Origin: Azolla caroliniana
Lineage: Eukaryota > Plantae > Polypodiophyta
Reading direction: 5' to 3'
Length of the DNA stretch: 64,000 bases
Assembly: GCA_043228905.1 (NCBI GenBank)
Contig: JBHGNT010000002.1
Coordinates: 14,570,001-14,634,000 of the forward strand
Within the stretch, counting starts at the first letter, position 1. Each line of letters starts with the position of its first letter. A model generated the notes under the pieces. The model saw only the letters and a list, made by a program, of their open reading frames with translations, was not told where the DNA came from and made no database searches. Of this stretch, positions 10,317 to 24,397 are shown one piece after another. The position numbers and the translations under genes are program-made.

Positions 10317-12353
10317 TTTGACATCCAACTATTCGATCTCCATGTCCATACTGGCTGCTATACTTAGAACCATTCGAATGAATGTCATCTTCACGACTGG
10401 TGCGAATATTTCGTCGAAGTCGACACCCTTTTTCTATTGAAAACCCTTCACCGCTATGCGGGCTTTATACTTGGGCTCACTGTTGGCTTCTCCAGTCTTC
10501 ACCTTGTAGACCCACTTATTCCTGAGTGCTCTCTTACCTTTTGGCAGCTCTACTAGGTCATAGGCATAATTCTCATGCAGGGATTCCATCTCATCTTGCA
10601 TCGCACTCAACCATTTCTCTCTGTGCTCATCGATAATGGCTTCTTCACAGCACTCCGGTTCACCTTCATCAATCAAGAGGATGTATTGACTGGCATATGT
10701 TGTCAGTGCTTTCCTTTCTCTGAGTGGGTATCACCTTCCACTCGTTGTTGGCTCTATTTTGGATGTCCCTACCAACTATTCTCTCCACTCTGGTTCCTCC
10801 ACGTCAATCGGCATCTCCAGGTTGGACGACTCCAACTCATACTCTTCAATTGACCTTAGCAGCTCTGCCGACTCTGACTCATAGTCGGTCAGTCTCTCCA
10901 AGTCCACTGACTCGGATTCGGTTGTGCTGACTAGTCGTCTCCGTACAGCTGACGTTGTTGGTTCTCTTGACCTTAGATCGATGATAGTCGGGGTTAACTG
11001 GGGAGTCGTATCCGACTTCTGTTGCTTCCAATCTTCAATCATCTTATTTTCAAGAAAGACTACGTCCCGACTTCTCACTACCTTCTTGTCGACTAGGTCC
11101 CATAGCCTATACCATGTATCCCATGAATATGCATGCTTTCGACTTATTGTCAAGCTTTGTCCTCTGATCCTTTGGTACATGCATATACCCCAAACATCCG
11201 AACACCCTCAAGTGTTGGTAGGAGACATCCTTCCTTGTCCACACTCTCTATGGGACATCACCCTTTAATGGTATTGAGGGAGACCTGTTGAGAGAGCATG
11301 CTCCTTACCCTCTCCATGATTGTTCGATTCATCCTCTTTGCAAGCCCGTTCAATTATGGGTTCTTTGGCACTATGTATTTGATCCGAATACCTTGGCACT
11401 TGCAGTATTCCTTGAATTGCCCTCTATACTTGACACCGTTGTCGGTTCAAACATCTTTCAACTTCCAACCCGACTCTCGTTCAGTTCTAGCTTGGAACTC
11501 CTTGAAAACCGATAGTACTTGATCCTTCGACTTCAGTACAAAGGCCCATGTCTTCCGACTATAGTCATTGATGAACGTCACAAAGTATTGTCCACCTTGA
11601 TGCGATGGAGCATCTACATAACACACATCCGTGTGTACCACTTCTAGTGCAACTTCTCTTCTTCTTGGTGGTCTTGTGTGGAATGCTAATCTGTTTTGCT
11701 TTTTGACTAAGCAGTCGATGCACTTCTCTAGGTGCACTCCCTTGACTTCTGGTAGAAGCTTTTGGTCGGCTAGTAGGTGCATTCCTTTCTCACTCATGTG
11801 GCCTAGCCTCTTATGCCATATCTCTCCTGCTGAGTCGGCTGCCACATTTACTTCCAATTTGCACAGTCGGGCATGCATCATATATAATGTGCCTTCTTTC
11901 TGTGCTCGGGCCATTATAAGATTTCCTCGGCAGAACTTCCACTTGCCATTCCATAAACTACCACTATAGCCTTCGTCATCTAACCTTCCAGTCGATATCA
12001 GATTTAATCTGATATCGGGGACGTGTCGAACATCCTTCAGAGTTAGTCGACACCCTGTCGACGTCGTCAAGCAGACACTTTTGACTCCGACTATCTTGCA
12101 CTCTCCATTATCACCCATTTTCACATAACCGTGATCTTCGGCTATGTAAGTCGAGAAATACTCTCTCGACGGAGTTATGTGAAACGATGCCCCAGAATCA
12201 ATCACCCAAGTGCATTCTTCACTTGCAAGATTTGCATTTGTCTGTTCACAGATGAACAACAATTCTTTATTGCTCGTAGCAATGGTAGAAGTGTTCTTCT
12301 CATTAGGAATCTTCTTGGGTTTGACATTGTTTCCGACACCCTTTTGATTCTTA

Positions 12354-15071
12354 TAGAAGAGACTTAGTACTCGGTTGTGGCCGAGCGATATTCCTTGCAT
12401 TTCTCTACCGAGTAATGCCGGTCAAAGGGAATCTGGCTCAAGTTTACTGTGCTGAAGACGCCAGAACTAAATGGATTGGACGAAAGGATGAACCAGACCA
12501 TAATGGAGAGAGTCTGGAGCATGCTCACACATTCCAAGTTACCCAAGAAGTTTTGGGCTAAGGCGCTTGGATCACCCTCGGTACCCTTGGATGGAGACTC
12601 ACCGTAGAAAGTATGGACCGGTAAGGATGTGTCTTACCGGCATCTGAAGGTGTTCAGGTGTCTCGCATATGTGCATATGGTGAAGGACAAGAGAGAAAAG
12701 CTAGATCTGAAGTCCCGGCCATGCATATTCCTTGGATACGGTGATGATGAGTTCGGTTACTGGGTGTGGGACGGAGTCGGGACATAGTCTTCATGGAAGA
12801 CAGGACCATTGCCGACTGGGAGTCAGAGAAGAAGGTAACGAACTCCGGATCATCCATTGAAAACCGAATTGAGGACAAAAGGATATACCCGGTTGAAAAC
12901 TGGTTGCCGACAACCAGATGACACTCGACGAACCGGCCGGATTCGGACAAGAAACTGAACTGGCCGAAGAAGAAGAAGAAGAAGACACCGGAACCGGACA
13001 AGATCCCGAATCGGATTTGGATTCGGAACAGACGGAGGAACCGGTTGTCAGAAACCAAGAACAAAGATATCCTCTCCGGGAGAGAAGCGCCCCCTGAAGA
13101 TTTCCAGATGCAGAGCATGTGTTGCTAACCGATGAGGGGGAGCCGGAAAGCTTTGAAGAAGCAAGAGTAGACACCCACAACCGCAAGTGGTTGAGTGCCA
13201 TGTAGGATAGATGTATTCCCTGCATGAGAACCACAAATACAAATTGGTGGAGTTGCCGAAAAGAAAAGGGGGCACTCCGGAACAAGTGGGTGTACAAGCT
13301 GAAACTGGGAGATGTCGGAAATCCACCAAGGTATAAGGCCCGAATCGTGGTGAAGGGCTTCCAGCAGAAGAAAGGAGTGGACTATAATGAGATCTTTGCC
13401 CTGGTAGTAAAGATGACATCCATCCGGAGGGTATACAGATTGAAGCAGGCTCCCCGGCAATGGTACTTGAAGTTCAACTCCTTCATGACCGACCAAGGGT
13501 ACCACAAGATGCAAGCCGATCATTGCGTGTTTGTGAAGAAATTTGACAGAGGAGATTTCTTGATACTCCTCCTATATGTGGACAATATCCTGATCTCCGG
13601 ACGAAACCAAGTCAAAATACGAATGCTAAAGAAGGCCCTGAACTAGACTTTCTCAATGAAAGACTTGGGTCCGGCAAGACAAATATTGGGGATGCACATC
13701 ATCCAGGACCGGTCGAAGAAGCTATTGTGGCTGTCACAAGAAAAGTACATGATGAGGGTGCTTCAACGGTTCAACATGTCTGATGCGAAACCGATCGGAT
13801 TGACACTTCCGGCAAACTGCAAGCTATCTGGAAAGTAGAGCCCGAGGACAAAGGCAGAGAAGGCGGATATGATGAAGATACCATATGCCTCTGCCATCAG
13901 GAACTTGATGTGCGCAATGGTGTGCACCCGACCGGATATTGGATATGCAGTCTGAGTGGTGAGCCGGTTCATGAGCAATCCCGGTAAAGAGCATTGGAAC
14001 GCGGTCAAGTGGATACTCTGGTATTTGAAAGGTAACTAGAGCATGTGCCTCCGATTCGGCTCCAGTAAACCGCAACTCGACGGATTCACGGATTTGGATA
14101 TGTCGGCTGATGCGGATACCAGCCGGTCTACATCCAGATATGTCATGACCTATGCAGGGGGAGTTGTTTCGTGGCATTCGAGGCTGTAGAAGACGGTTGC
14201 GTTGTCAACCACGGAAGTAGAGTACATGGCAGTTGTGGAAGCTCGCAAGGAAATAATCTGGATGAAGGACTTCATCGGTGAGCTAGGGATCCGATAGGAG
14301 GAATACCGGCTCTATTACGACAGTCAAAGTGCCATCCATCTTGCAAAGAACACAACCTACCATTCTCGAACGAAAACATATCCAGCGGAGCTACCACTGG
14401 ATCCAGGAGAGAGTAGAAGATCAAGAGTTCATGCTGACGAAGATCCACACGGAGGAGAATGGGTCAGACATGCTAACCAAAGTGCTGACACCCGACAAGT
14501 TGGACGCATGTTGGATGCGGATTGGGCTGACGAAACATCCCATGCCGGAGTGAAGGGGGAGATTGTTGGGATTTTGGTCCCTCCAAATGGGATCTTGAGA
14601 ACAGGATGTAGAAGACCCGGTGAGAACCGGATGTAGAAGACATATCTGTAAATATGTTTTGACTAAGCCCATTGAGGCTATATTTGTAAATAGCTTTAAG
14701 TTCATATAAGTATAAATATGACTTAGGGCAATCACTTTAGTATGGTTGTAGTCATATTGTAGTAACTGTTATACAGAGAGAGAGAGAGGGAGGGAGAGAG
14801 AAATACAGAGCGATACTCTATTGTAACTGCCACTATGCGAAGAAACAGAGCTCGAGGTTGTTGCCTCTAAGTCTCTGATTGTACCCCTTGTCTTTATAGT
14901 GATAGTTCGGAGTCTGTGGGCTCCCGTGGTTTTTCCCTATTAGGGTTTTCCACGTAAACATCATGTGTCACTTTCTTGTGTACACTCTACTTCCCATTTC
15001 TGTGTTTGATTCTTATAGAAGAGACCTTCTACTCGGTTGTGGCCGAGCGATATTCTGTGCATTTCTCTACA
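12354..15071 (+). mobile_element. Decayed copia (LTR family 1): 5' LTR remnant, INT-RT-RH with deletions, PPT, 3' LTR
   Basis: 12354-12409 matches the LTR 3' end and is fused directly to INT. RT has RNKWVYK, LLLYVDNI and MKDLG. PPT GAAGGGGGAGA at ~14552. Confidence 0.85.
14564..15071 (+). repeat. 3' LTR (family 1)
   Basis: TGTTGG...CTACA after a PPT, with TATAAATA at ~14711. Closely similar to 41400-41961. Confidence 0.85.
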
Positions 15072-16277
15072 CTTCAATGTGCACACCGGATACTCCGGTA
15101 TGTCAGCGGCACGAAGGACCAGGGACTATTATACCGACACAGTATAGCTAGGAAGCTAGTCGGATATACCGATGCCGACTGGGTTGGTGATGCATCAGAT
15201 TGCCAATCCACCTCCAATTACATGTTTTCACTTGGTAGCACGGCTATTGCATATAGCAGCAAAAAGCAGCCAACATTGGCTCTGTCGAGCACTGAGACTG
15301 AATATCGGGGCACTACCATTGCCACAGTGAAGCCATTTGGCTTCAACGACTATTGCATGACCTCCGGATCGAGGTGCCGACCCCTATCCTGATCTACTGC
15401 AACAACGTAAGCACCATACAACTCGCCAAGAACCCTGTATTCCATGCTCAGACAAAGCACATAGAAGTGCATTATCACTTTGTTTGTGAGCGGGTCCTGA
15501 GCGGTGAAGTTGAACTTCGGTATGTTCACACGGATCGACAGGTTGCCGACATCTTCACCAAGCCGCTCGGATCGAACAAGTTGCAGCATTTTTCGGAGAT
15601 GCTCGACATTCAGCATCTCGATGTGCCGCACTTGAGGAGGAGAACAGGAACGGGAACGGATAGCACCGGACAAGGAGTCGGAGAGGAAGGAAGAACCAAG
15701 GGGGGAGATGAGGAGATAAAGAATGTCGAGCCGACAGAAGGTGTCGGCACATCCGAACAAGTTGGAGGAAGTGGCAGTGGTGGCAAAGTCAAGAAGGACA
15801 GAGCCGACCGGATGAAGGCCAAGACCAGACGTGGTTTGATGTGGTGAAGGGCCAAAAAACGGAAGACGAGTTGAAACTATCAACTGGAACAAGAGCCAGA
15901 ACATATCAGAGGCAACCAATTCTGACAAGAGCCGGAACAAATCAGAGGAAGTTGATTCGGTTCAAGATTCGGAGGAGTCGGATCAACTAAAGGCCAAGCG
16001 GATGAGAAGGTAGTGGAAGCTGACACCGAAACGGAGGAACCAATGGGTTGACAAGTGTCGAAGTCGTAGCAACGAAGGTGCTGAGATGGGCCTGTTGACC
16101 AGACAAGCCACCCGAGGAGGTCGAGGTGCGCAGAACCAGAAGGGTCGCGGGAAATGGAACCGGACTGGACGAGGAGCGCGAGCAAGATGGGAGGACGTCA
16201 GAAGGAGCCGGAGGAAAGGACCGACTATTGCAAACACTGACACCACGATCCGACCTCAAGTTGAGCTTGAGGGGGAG
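15072..16277 (+). pseudogene. Copia family 2 RNase H plus ~0.6 kb 3' extension and PPT
   Basis: GYTDADW, SKKQPT, KHIEVHYHFV and QVADIFTKPL. PPT GAGGGGGAG precedes the LTR. Confidence 0.85.
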
Positions 16278-16515
16278 TGTTGAGGGAGCAAGCTCAACCG
16301 GATCCGAATCGGTGTCCAAATGATATCCGGAACCAGGAGCCGGATCGGATTGAAACCAGTAGGCCATTAGAGGTCTACAGATCCAGCCTAGTACGTAGGA
16401 ATATTTTTGGGATTCAGTGATTGTCACTCGTATGAGCATTGAAGTACCTGTCCATACTTCTGTCAGTCCTTTATGTACATGTATAAAAGTGCTCTCTGAG
16501 CACATTCTGTGTACA

Positions 16516-16956
16516 TGTTGTAGGCTTTTGGGTTAGCGTAGAGGATTACGATAATGATGATTGGTGATGGAGATGGTGTGTTTGATGAGGATGATGAGCG
16601 TTATGGGATTGATGGTGAGAGAGATGACGTGCATCAAGAAGCATTGCGGGGTGGGGGGTGGTGCCTAGAATGGCTCCACCCCCCTCCCAAGGGGTTCAAC
16701 ATTAAGGGGGAGAGAGAGAGAGAGAGAGAGAAATGATCCTTCTTTCCATTCATTCCCCATAAGGGGGGTTAAATAGTTACAAAAGGGTGGACACACAAGG
16801 GTGCAAGTCCCCTTTGGCATTCACACCTAGTCACTCACTCATACCTCTTTGTATCCACCACACGCACACTTACATTCACACTCATAATCGTATCACATTA
16901 CACATTACATCTTTCACCCTCACTTATCAATCACCCATACATCTCATACAGTAACA
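16516..16956. repeat. LTR-A of copy 2
   Basis: Shares GCATTGCGGGGTGGGGG, CCTAGAATGGCTCCACCCCCCTCCCAAGGGG, CATTCATTCCCCATAAGGGG and the GTAACA end with 1886-2385. Confidence 0.8.
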
Positions 16957-16961
16957 CAATA

Positions 16962-16977
16962 TGGCATGCCCGTGGGA
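16962..16977 (+). promoter_or_regulatory. PBS-A (tRNA-Arg UCU-like)
   Basis: TGGCATGCCCGTGGGA after the same CAATA spacer as in copy 1. Confidence 0.75.
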
Positions 16978-17564
16978 GAGTGCCTTGCACCTCGATCCCA
17001 CATGCCTTGATCATAATCTTTCTTCGACCGGAATTTCCATCGGTCGTCTCAACAATCGACTCCCTCGATCGGAGCGCTTGACTCGAACATCTCCTTCAGT
17101 CAGCGACTTCATCGACATGAAGATTCTCTTTCTATCGGTTCACGAACTTCATCATGGGTTCAAAAGCACGTTGTGTGTATGTGTGTTCTTCCTTTAATTT
17201 TGTGTGAATTGTCGTGGTCGATCAAGACCATTTCTTTAGGTGGATGAGTTTTTAAATTTAGGTATTGTAGCCTCAAATTTTCTAAACTAATGACAATTCT
17301 CTTTGGTTTTGAAAATTGTATTATGTACCCTCATGTTTTTATAATTATGTTCGATACCCTCAATTGTTTTTAAAAAAAAATCACAAATGCCCTTATCTCC
17401 ATTTTTCCCTCTCTTTCTTTTTTTGTTTTCTTCTCATTGTTCTTCTTGCTTCTTCTCCTTGGTGTAAAACTTTCTTCTGTTTCCTCCTTTTTCTACCTCT
17501 GTTTTTCCGTTTCTTCTTCCCTTCTCTCTTTCTCTCCATTTCTCCATTTTATGTTTCTTCTTCC

Positions 17565-17599
<35 letters not shown>

Positions 17600-18172
17600 C
17601 TCACTCTCTCTCTCTCTCCCAGACTCCCTTCCCTGTTCTCTCTCTCTCTCTCTCCTTTCTCTTTCTCTCTGTAACGGCTCTCTCTGCCATTGCTGTCGCC
17701 GTCGCCGTCACCGTCGTCGTCGTCTGCAGCCGTTGTCTGCCGCCGCTGCAATCGTCACCGTCTGATCTCTCTCTCTCTCTCTCTCTCGCTTCCTCGTCTC
17801 TCTCTGCCGTTGCTATCGCTGGTTAGTGTTGTCGCCGTCGCCGTCACCCATCATCCGACGACTACCGTTGTCTGCGGCCGTCGCCGTCTGCTACCGTCTG
17901 CAGCCATCTTCTACCGTCTGCAGCCTTCTACCCTCTGCTGCCGTCGTCTACCGTTGTTTGACGACTGCCGCCGTCACCGTCGCCGTCACGGGGTGTTTCT
18001 TCTCCATTTTCTCTTGATGTTGTGAAGTGCCATTTTCTTGACGAGTTCGTGGGTGGGTTCTTTTGGTGTGCTCGTCGCGTGCTACAAAATGCCGATGTGA
18101 TTGCGACATACACACAAACTTAGCTAAGTCTCGAACCCATTTAGTTTACCTTTTTTTCCTATTGACACCACA

Positions 18173-18985
18173 ATGACATCTAGATGGACTAAGGAACATA
18201 AGGATATACAAGACGAGGCTATAAGTAAGGAGGACTTTTTAGATATGTTTAATCGTTTAACAAAAATAGAGATGGATATGAAAAAATGGGTGAAAGACAC
18301 CGAAACCCACAAGAAAAAAGATAGAGAGGAAAAAGACGCCCTCAAGGCCGAAATAGAACAACTTAAAGTAGAAAACATCGACCTTAAAAAACAACTTAAG
18401 GACATCAAGGTATCTCGAGAAGACGGTGAAATATCCTCTATAGAGGATATAAAGGACGAAATTAAAAAAGTTAAAGAGGAAGTTAATAATAACATAGAGT
18501 TAGCTAAAACGGGTTGGGTAGATGTGGTTAAAAGAAACATTAAAAAAGAAATAAAACATGAAAATATTGTTAATACCACCCTTGAAGAAGACAAAATGCG
18601 TTAGGCCCGACGCTTAAATGTACGTGTCACTGGGCTCAAGGAAGGTGCATCCCCAAATGAGGACACACAAACACTTGGGAAAATGTTAGGGTACACAGAG
18701 GCCCTACCTATCACCAAAGCATGGAGGGCCAGGCGTGACACAACTAGGAAGAGAGCCTTAGTCCTTCAATTTAAAGACTTAGACTCTAGAATCACTTTCT
18801 GTAAGAAGAGACCAATCCTTCGAGGAATGGATGGGGACCCCATCTATCTCGATGAAGACCTCACTAAGATGCAAATTGAGCATCGCAAGAGTTGTATGCC
18901 ACGAGTTATGCAAGCTCGTAAAGAAGGCCATCGCACCTTTTACCGAGACGGGCGAGTGATCATAAATGATCGCACTACTAATTGA
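18173..18985 (+). pseudogene. LINE ORF1 (coiled coil plus RRM-like C-terminus), one internal stop at 18602
   Basis: Heptad-rich charged region, GWVDVVKR and IYLDEDLT motifs. Confidence 0.8.
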
Positions 18986-18991
18986 CAACGT

Positions 18992-21900
18992 GTGGCCCAT
19001 GTGACAGAAAATGCACTTAGGATGACCCTATGGAATTGTAATGGCGCACTCTGGGCACACCCCGGCCGCCTAGAGGAGATACTAAAGGTATCTGATATAC
19101 TTTTCTTGGTAGAAACACATCAGAGCCCAAATAGAGGACTCCCACGGGTCGAAGGATTCCGTTGGGAGTCCGCTTTTAGACAAACCTCATGTCGACACAC
19201 TACTAGGGGATCTGGAACTGTCGCGATATTGTTTCGTAGAGAGCTACATAATAGGATAGAAATAATGAAGATAGACCCAGAAGCTCATTTTATGTGGGTG
19301 AAAGTCTCCACAAGCAAAGACCATGCAATATTTTTCGCCATTTGTTACTTTCCCCCAAAAGGATCCCATTATAATATTGGTGGCTTGACGAGATTAGTCG
19401 ATGAAGGAATGCCACATGGGCCTTCTCCATACGAACCCCTATCGGATGACATAATCCAATATTCCTCCCAAGGAGAAGTATTTCTTGTAGGAGACTTCAA
19501 TGCGAGAACCCAATCCCGACAATGCACAGTATTTCAGATGAATAGAAACCTAGAAATGGTAAATGTTGATCCTTTAGACATAGGGACCACACGTAGATCA
19601 AAGGATCAAGGTGCGGACGCCACGAGCTTTGGCCGTCATCTGCTCGAACTTGGCAGTCGGCACCGGATGGTCATATATAATGGTTTAGCTAAGTGGCTGG
19701 GCTTGGAAGAGCTCACATGTTTCCCACATGGAGGAGGGGAAAGCACAGTTGACTATCTAATAGGGCGCCCAGAAGCTACCCACATGATTAACTCCTTCCG
19801 AGTGGCCCCATGCCCTATTGGCGCAGACCATAGTTTCTTATACTTCGAGCTAAAATGTGATATCTCTAAGGTCACCAAGTCTAGTCAACCATGCCATCAC
19901 ACCACAATACATTTCACACATGAGCTCTCTGACATATACTCTCAACATGTTCAGACCCATCTCCCCTCCCTTGATCCCTCCCTACCGTTAGAAAGCCTTA
20001 GTACAAAACTCACACACATCTTTCACTCCGAAGCAGCTAGCAGTTTCCCATATACAAAACACTCAAATCAAGGTAGATCAGGATCAATGCCACAAAATAA
20101 ATGGTATGACGAGGATTGTAGGGACTTACATAGACAACTTACAGTATCGCAACTCAATGGTAGTATTACCTCCATACAAGCTCGCAAAGAAATGCGTAAG
20201 ATGACACGTCGTAAGAGTCGAGCGTGGGAGGCATCCCAATACTGGGAACTCTACCATATGCTCATGAGTAGCGATTGCGCCACGGCATGGAAGAGACTAC
20301 GGGAGCCAAGACCACAAACACCCATCGAAGATCCCGAAACTTGGCACACATATACAGAGAGACTTTACCAAATCCCAAACCAACCACCCATTCCAATGCC
20401 TTCCACACCCCGGCCTACCACGGGGACACTTTTCACGACCTCTAGGGTCATGAAGGTCATAAAGAAATTACAACATAGAAAGTCCATGGACCACACAGGA
20501 TTGCAAGCAGAACACATTATATATGCGAGAGAGTGCCTAGCTCCCTTGCTAACTCTAATCTTCAATCGTGCCCTTGCGGAGGGTTTTCCACCACAGTGGA
20601 CTATGAATACAGTGGCCCCCATACATAAAGGGGGGGACCCCATGGACCCAAATACATATAGGACCATTATGATAGGCCATACCCTTGCTAAGTTATATGG
20701 TGCAGTAATGGAAGCAGAGCTTAGCGACTATATGGAGACCCTAAACCTTCGTGCACCTGAACAAGCTGGCTTTAGACAAGCCTTCTCCACTATTGATCAT
20801 ATCTTCACACTTAGATGCCTAATTGACCAAACTAAGGCTCGCAAGAAGAAATTATATTGTTGTTTTGTGGACTTCCGCAAAGCCTTTGACACAGTCCCTA
20901 GAGAGCGGTTGTTTGATAGACTTAAAAGCTTGAGGATACCAGATGATATGGTATGGGCCATCTACGCACTTTATGAGCAAGTGTCCGGGTGTGTCCGATG
21001 CCCAGGTGGCCTATCTAATCGTTTCACTAGCACTATTGGTGTAAAACAAGGTTGCCCCCTAGCACCGACGCTTTTTGGGATCTACATTGATGAGATCACA
21101 GATTTTATTGCTCGTGAGGGAGGCACCGGAGTGGACCTTGGGGATACGCAAGTTCGTATCTTGCTCTATGCGGATGACATAGTTTTGCTCTCTAAATCCA
21201 AACACGACCTACAGAGGCACCTTAATGTCTTAGATGACTTTTGTGTACAACGAGGATTGGTAGTGAATCTAGGGAAAACGAAAGTCCTTATCTTCCACAC
21301 ATCGGCCCAAGTTAGAGCTAAGTGTCACCTAACTATCTCCCATAGCCCAATCGAGGTGGTTGGATCATACGTCTATCTCAAAGTCACTTTTAGTGCCCGC
21401 TTAGGTAAATTTTCGATGACACAGGCAGCGAAGGATAGACTCACGAGAGGACATGCATCCCTCTCACTCATAGAGAGACAATGCCACCAAGCACACTTTC
21501 AAGAGCCACGGACTAAAGGGTGGCTCTTTGACTCATTAGTGACCCCCTCCCTCATGTATGCATCAGCGGTTTGGGCTCCAGGATTACCATCTTTCATGTG
21601 GACGCAATTAGAGAGACCATTGGTGATGATGCTATCACACCAACTCTGAAGCAAATCGATTGTACCACATGACATTATTAGGGCCGAGTTCACGTTACCC
21701 CTAGTGTTAGTAGAGGCACTTTTTCAACTTGTAGTCTTCATTGATAGGATACATAGCCAACCACATGATAGAATATCTCATCAAGCCTTTAAGGCCTCTC
21801 GATCATTGTATGAGTACGGCTATACTAGCTCATGGTATGGCATGATGGTGAGTTGGCTTCTTGCGAATGGTCTAGACATTAATAACCTACCTCCCCTTAG

Positions 21901-22723
21901 GTACAACCACACGAGTGATAACACCTTAATCTCTCATGAGGACCGCAATAAAGTAATACGCCAAGAAATATGGCAAATTTACACTCGGTGTAAATGGATC
22001 ACCCCACTAGAGCCACTCCCATCTAAAATGTTGTACTATAAGAAACACTTCATGCACTTCTCTGAGTTAGGTTTTATCACGCCGCCAAAATATCTAGATT
22101 TATTCTTACCACATGCACTAAGGGTTGCCATTGGACAACTTAGAATATCATCTCACCAACTTGAGATTGAGAATGGCCGTACTAGTGGAGTCCCTAGGGA
22201 GGAAAGGATATGTAGGTTATGTCACATAGAGATAGAGGATGAGTACCACTTTACATGCAAGTGTCCAACCTATGCCGAGATAAGGGCAAAATACCAAGAC
22301 ATACTTGGTCCGTCTCCCACCCTCCCCAAACTATTAGATACTCTAGATATAAAGAAATTAGGCAAATACATTCTATAGCTAAAACAACACAGAGAGAATA
22401 AGTTACAAAATGTTGACAATAATGTTGCTAATGATCACAAACATGTAACAAATGAAGTTTTTCAGGAACCTGAGGAGACAACGAATGCTGACACACTTGC
22501 ACCACTCGGCCTTTCCATTGATGAGGCAGAAAACCAGAGAAGAACCAGACGTCCTCGGGTGCCGGGTTTCAAAGCAACTCGATGTGATGTGGAAGCAATA
22601 TTGAAAATAAGGGAACGTGAGCTACACCGCCTAGAAGCCATGGCTAGGGCACTCTCTACATTGGAACCCACATCAAGACCCTTTGACCCCCCACTTCTTT
22701 TCAAGAGGCTTGGGTGGAAATAA
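18992..22723 (+). pseudogene. LINE ORF2 (AP endonuclease, RT, C-terminal CCHC), in-frame stops at 21647 and 22376
   Basis: WNCNG, GDFNAR, STVDY and GADH (APE); FVDFRKAFD, GVKQGCPL and YADD (RT); RICRLC...EDEYHFTCKCP. No frameshifts. Confidence 0.93.
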
Positions 22724-22902
22724 AATTAGGCTTAGTGTATAGTCACTTTCGAGTATACTACATATTGTACACTACTAGAACTCTTTTAGTTTAAGTTCTA
22801 TTTTTTACTTAATTTTATTTTAGTTATGATGACTGGATAAAAACTCTTTTGTTGTAAACCAATTGTCTCATGGGCCAAATTTGGCCTTAGAAGACGTTAA
22901 TA

Positions 22903-22933
<31 letters not shown>

Positions 22934-24397
22934 TCTCCTAAGGCTTCTATCTTCCTTCACTTCCTCTTCTTCCTATTCCATGTCTTTCTCCTCTTGTTTC
23001 AACTTCTTGTTTCTTTTTCTGTCCATGTCTTTCTCCTCTTGTTTCTTGTTCTATATTTCTCACTGTTTTCTTGTTTCTTCTGCTTTTCTGCCACTTCTTT
23101 CTCTTTCTCTTCTTTTGTGTGCTTCTTCTTCATCCTTTCCTTGTACGACGTCATTTGTTGTTCTTCCTCTGCCCCTCAGTGGCATGTCCAACGTTGTCTT
23201 CATTAGTTTTCTATCGTTGTCGTTCATCACTATCGATTGTCGCCATTGCCATCTCTATTTGGCCCGTCTGGGCACCGCCACTTCATTCGGCCGCCTATGT
23301 GCTGTCAGGCCTCTGTGCCGCCGCATAAACGTCGTTTTTCGTCCCATTCTATCCGGCCGGATGTCTAGCAGTCGTTTCCCATTGTCGTTGTCTATCATTG
23401 TCCTTCCGTCGTGGCCGTCTTGCGTCTCGTCCGCAGTTCGACCCACGGTTTGGCCGCGGCTTTCTGAGGTCTTCGGTCCTTTCCGTCTCTGTCTTGGCCG
23501 TTGTCCAGCCTTGTGTGTTTGTCTAGCCAGTCCGGTCCAGCTACCTTGATTCCGATACCATTCGGCCACTCCAGCCCCTTCGATGGCTCTTTGGTCGCTC
23601 TTCGGCTGGTGCTTTTCCAACCTCTCCTCCATCTCTGTCGATGTCGCCATTTTGGCTTTAGTTGACCACTCTTCCGCTCCTATCCAGCCATACTGGCTTC
23701 TCTTCCGCCCCTATCCGGCCATTTTGGCAGCTTCTGTGCATTTTAGCCGCTTGTCCAAATGTCTATCCGTTGTCTTCTGGTCATGTGTCATGTTTGGTCG
23801 TCTGTTTGGCCCATTTGACCCATCCTATTGTGTCTTGTGTCTTTTCGGTCGCCTTTGTCTAGTTCATTCGTCCGTATCTTTCCGCCGTTGTTGGTTGATG
23901 TCTGTTCTGCGTCTACATCTCCATCTTTGTGTTCTTCGACCCTTTGGTGTTCTGGTTCCGATTCCGGTTCCGACTCTCTCCGCATTTCTTCTTCTGGAAC
24001 CATATCTTGTACATTCTCAGCACATCCTGTCGGCATTCACTCTACACACTACTTCTTCCTCCACAGTCTCCTAGTGGGCTTCTCTTTCCGGTCGTGCTGA
24101 CACCGGTTCCCTCTATGTCACTGTTTGTCCAGCCGTGCATCTTGCACCACGCCTTTGAAAACACGCACATTGTTGCGAACCACTTTCGGAAACACGCTTG
24201 AACATACGTCTGTTGCGTATCCTTTTGCGACGTCCTCTCGCACAACATCACCGTGTTGCATTCCTCGACCTCGATGGCTTCCAATCAACATCACCATTTC
24301 CTGCACATCGTCCATTTGATTTCTCGCACATTTTGTCGTTGCCATGTCTTTGCCACGTAGTATTCTTCGACTTCGTCTCTAAAGGGGGATCGCCTTA

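Larger units (their letters stand above)
1298..12353 (-). mobile_element. Decayed Ty1/copia host element: RT/RH 1298-1885 and PR-INT-RT 10322-12353, split by the 1886-10316 insertion
   Basis: WVIDSGASFH (PR), WHKRLGHMS and VHTDVC (INT), RNKWVYK and KTAFLHG (RT), GFTDSD and AEYMA (RH). The (D)VKTAFLHG motif is continuous across the insertion, and there are several internal deletions. Confidence 0.85.
17570..22933 (+). mobile_element. Near full-length non-LTR retrotransposon (LINE, RTEX/L2-like rather than L1); 5' boundary approximate
   Basis: Putative CT/GCC-rich 5' UTR, coiled-coil ORF1, APE-RT ORF2 and a (TTTC)n tail at ~22906-22933. No clear TSD found. Confidence 0.85.

Noticed and set aside
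10260-10322. TAACATTTGAC inside the right LTR-A equals the element-end/TSD junction, suggesting a templated insertion
   Set aside because: Copy 2 has similar bases (TACATCTTT) at this position, so a 7-bp deletion in the left LTR plus coincidence is simpler.
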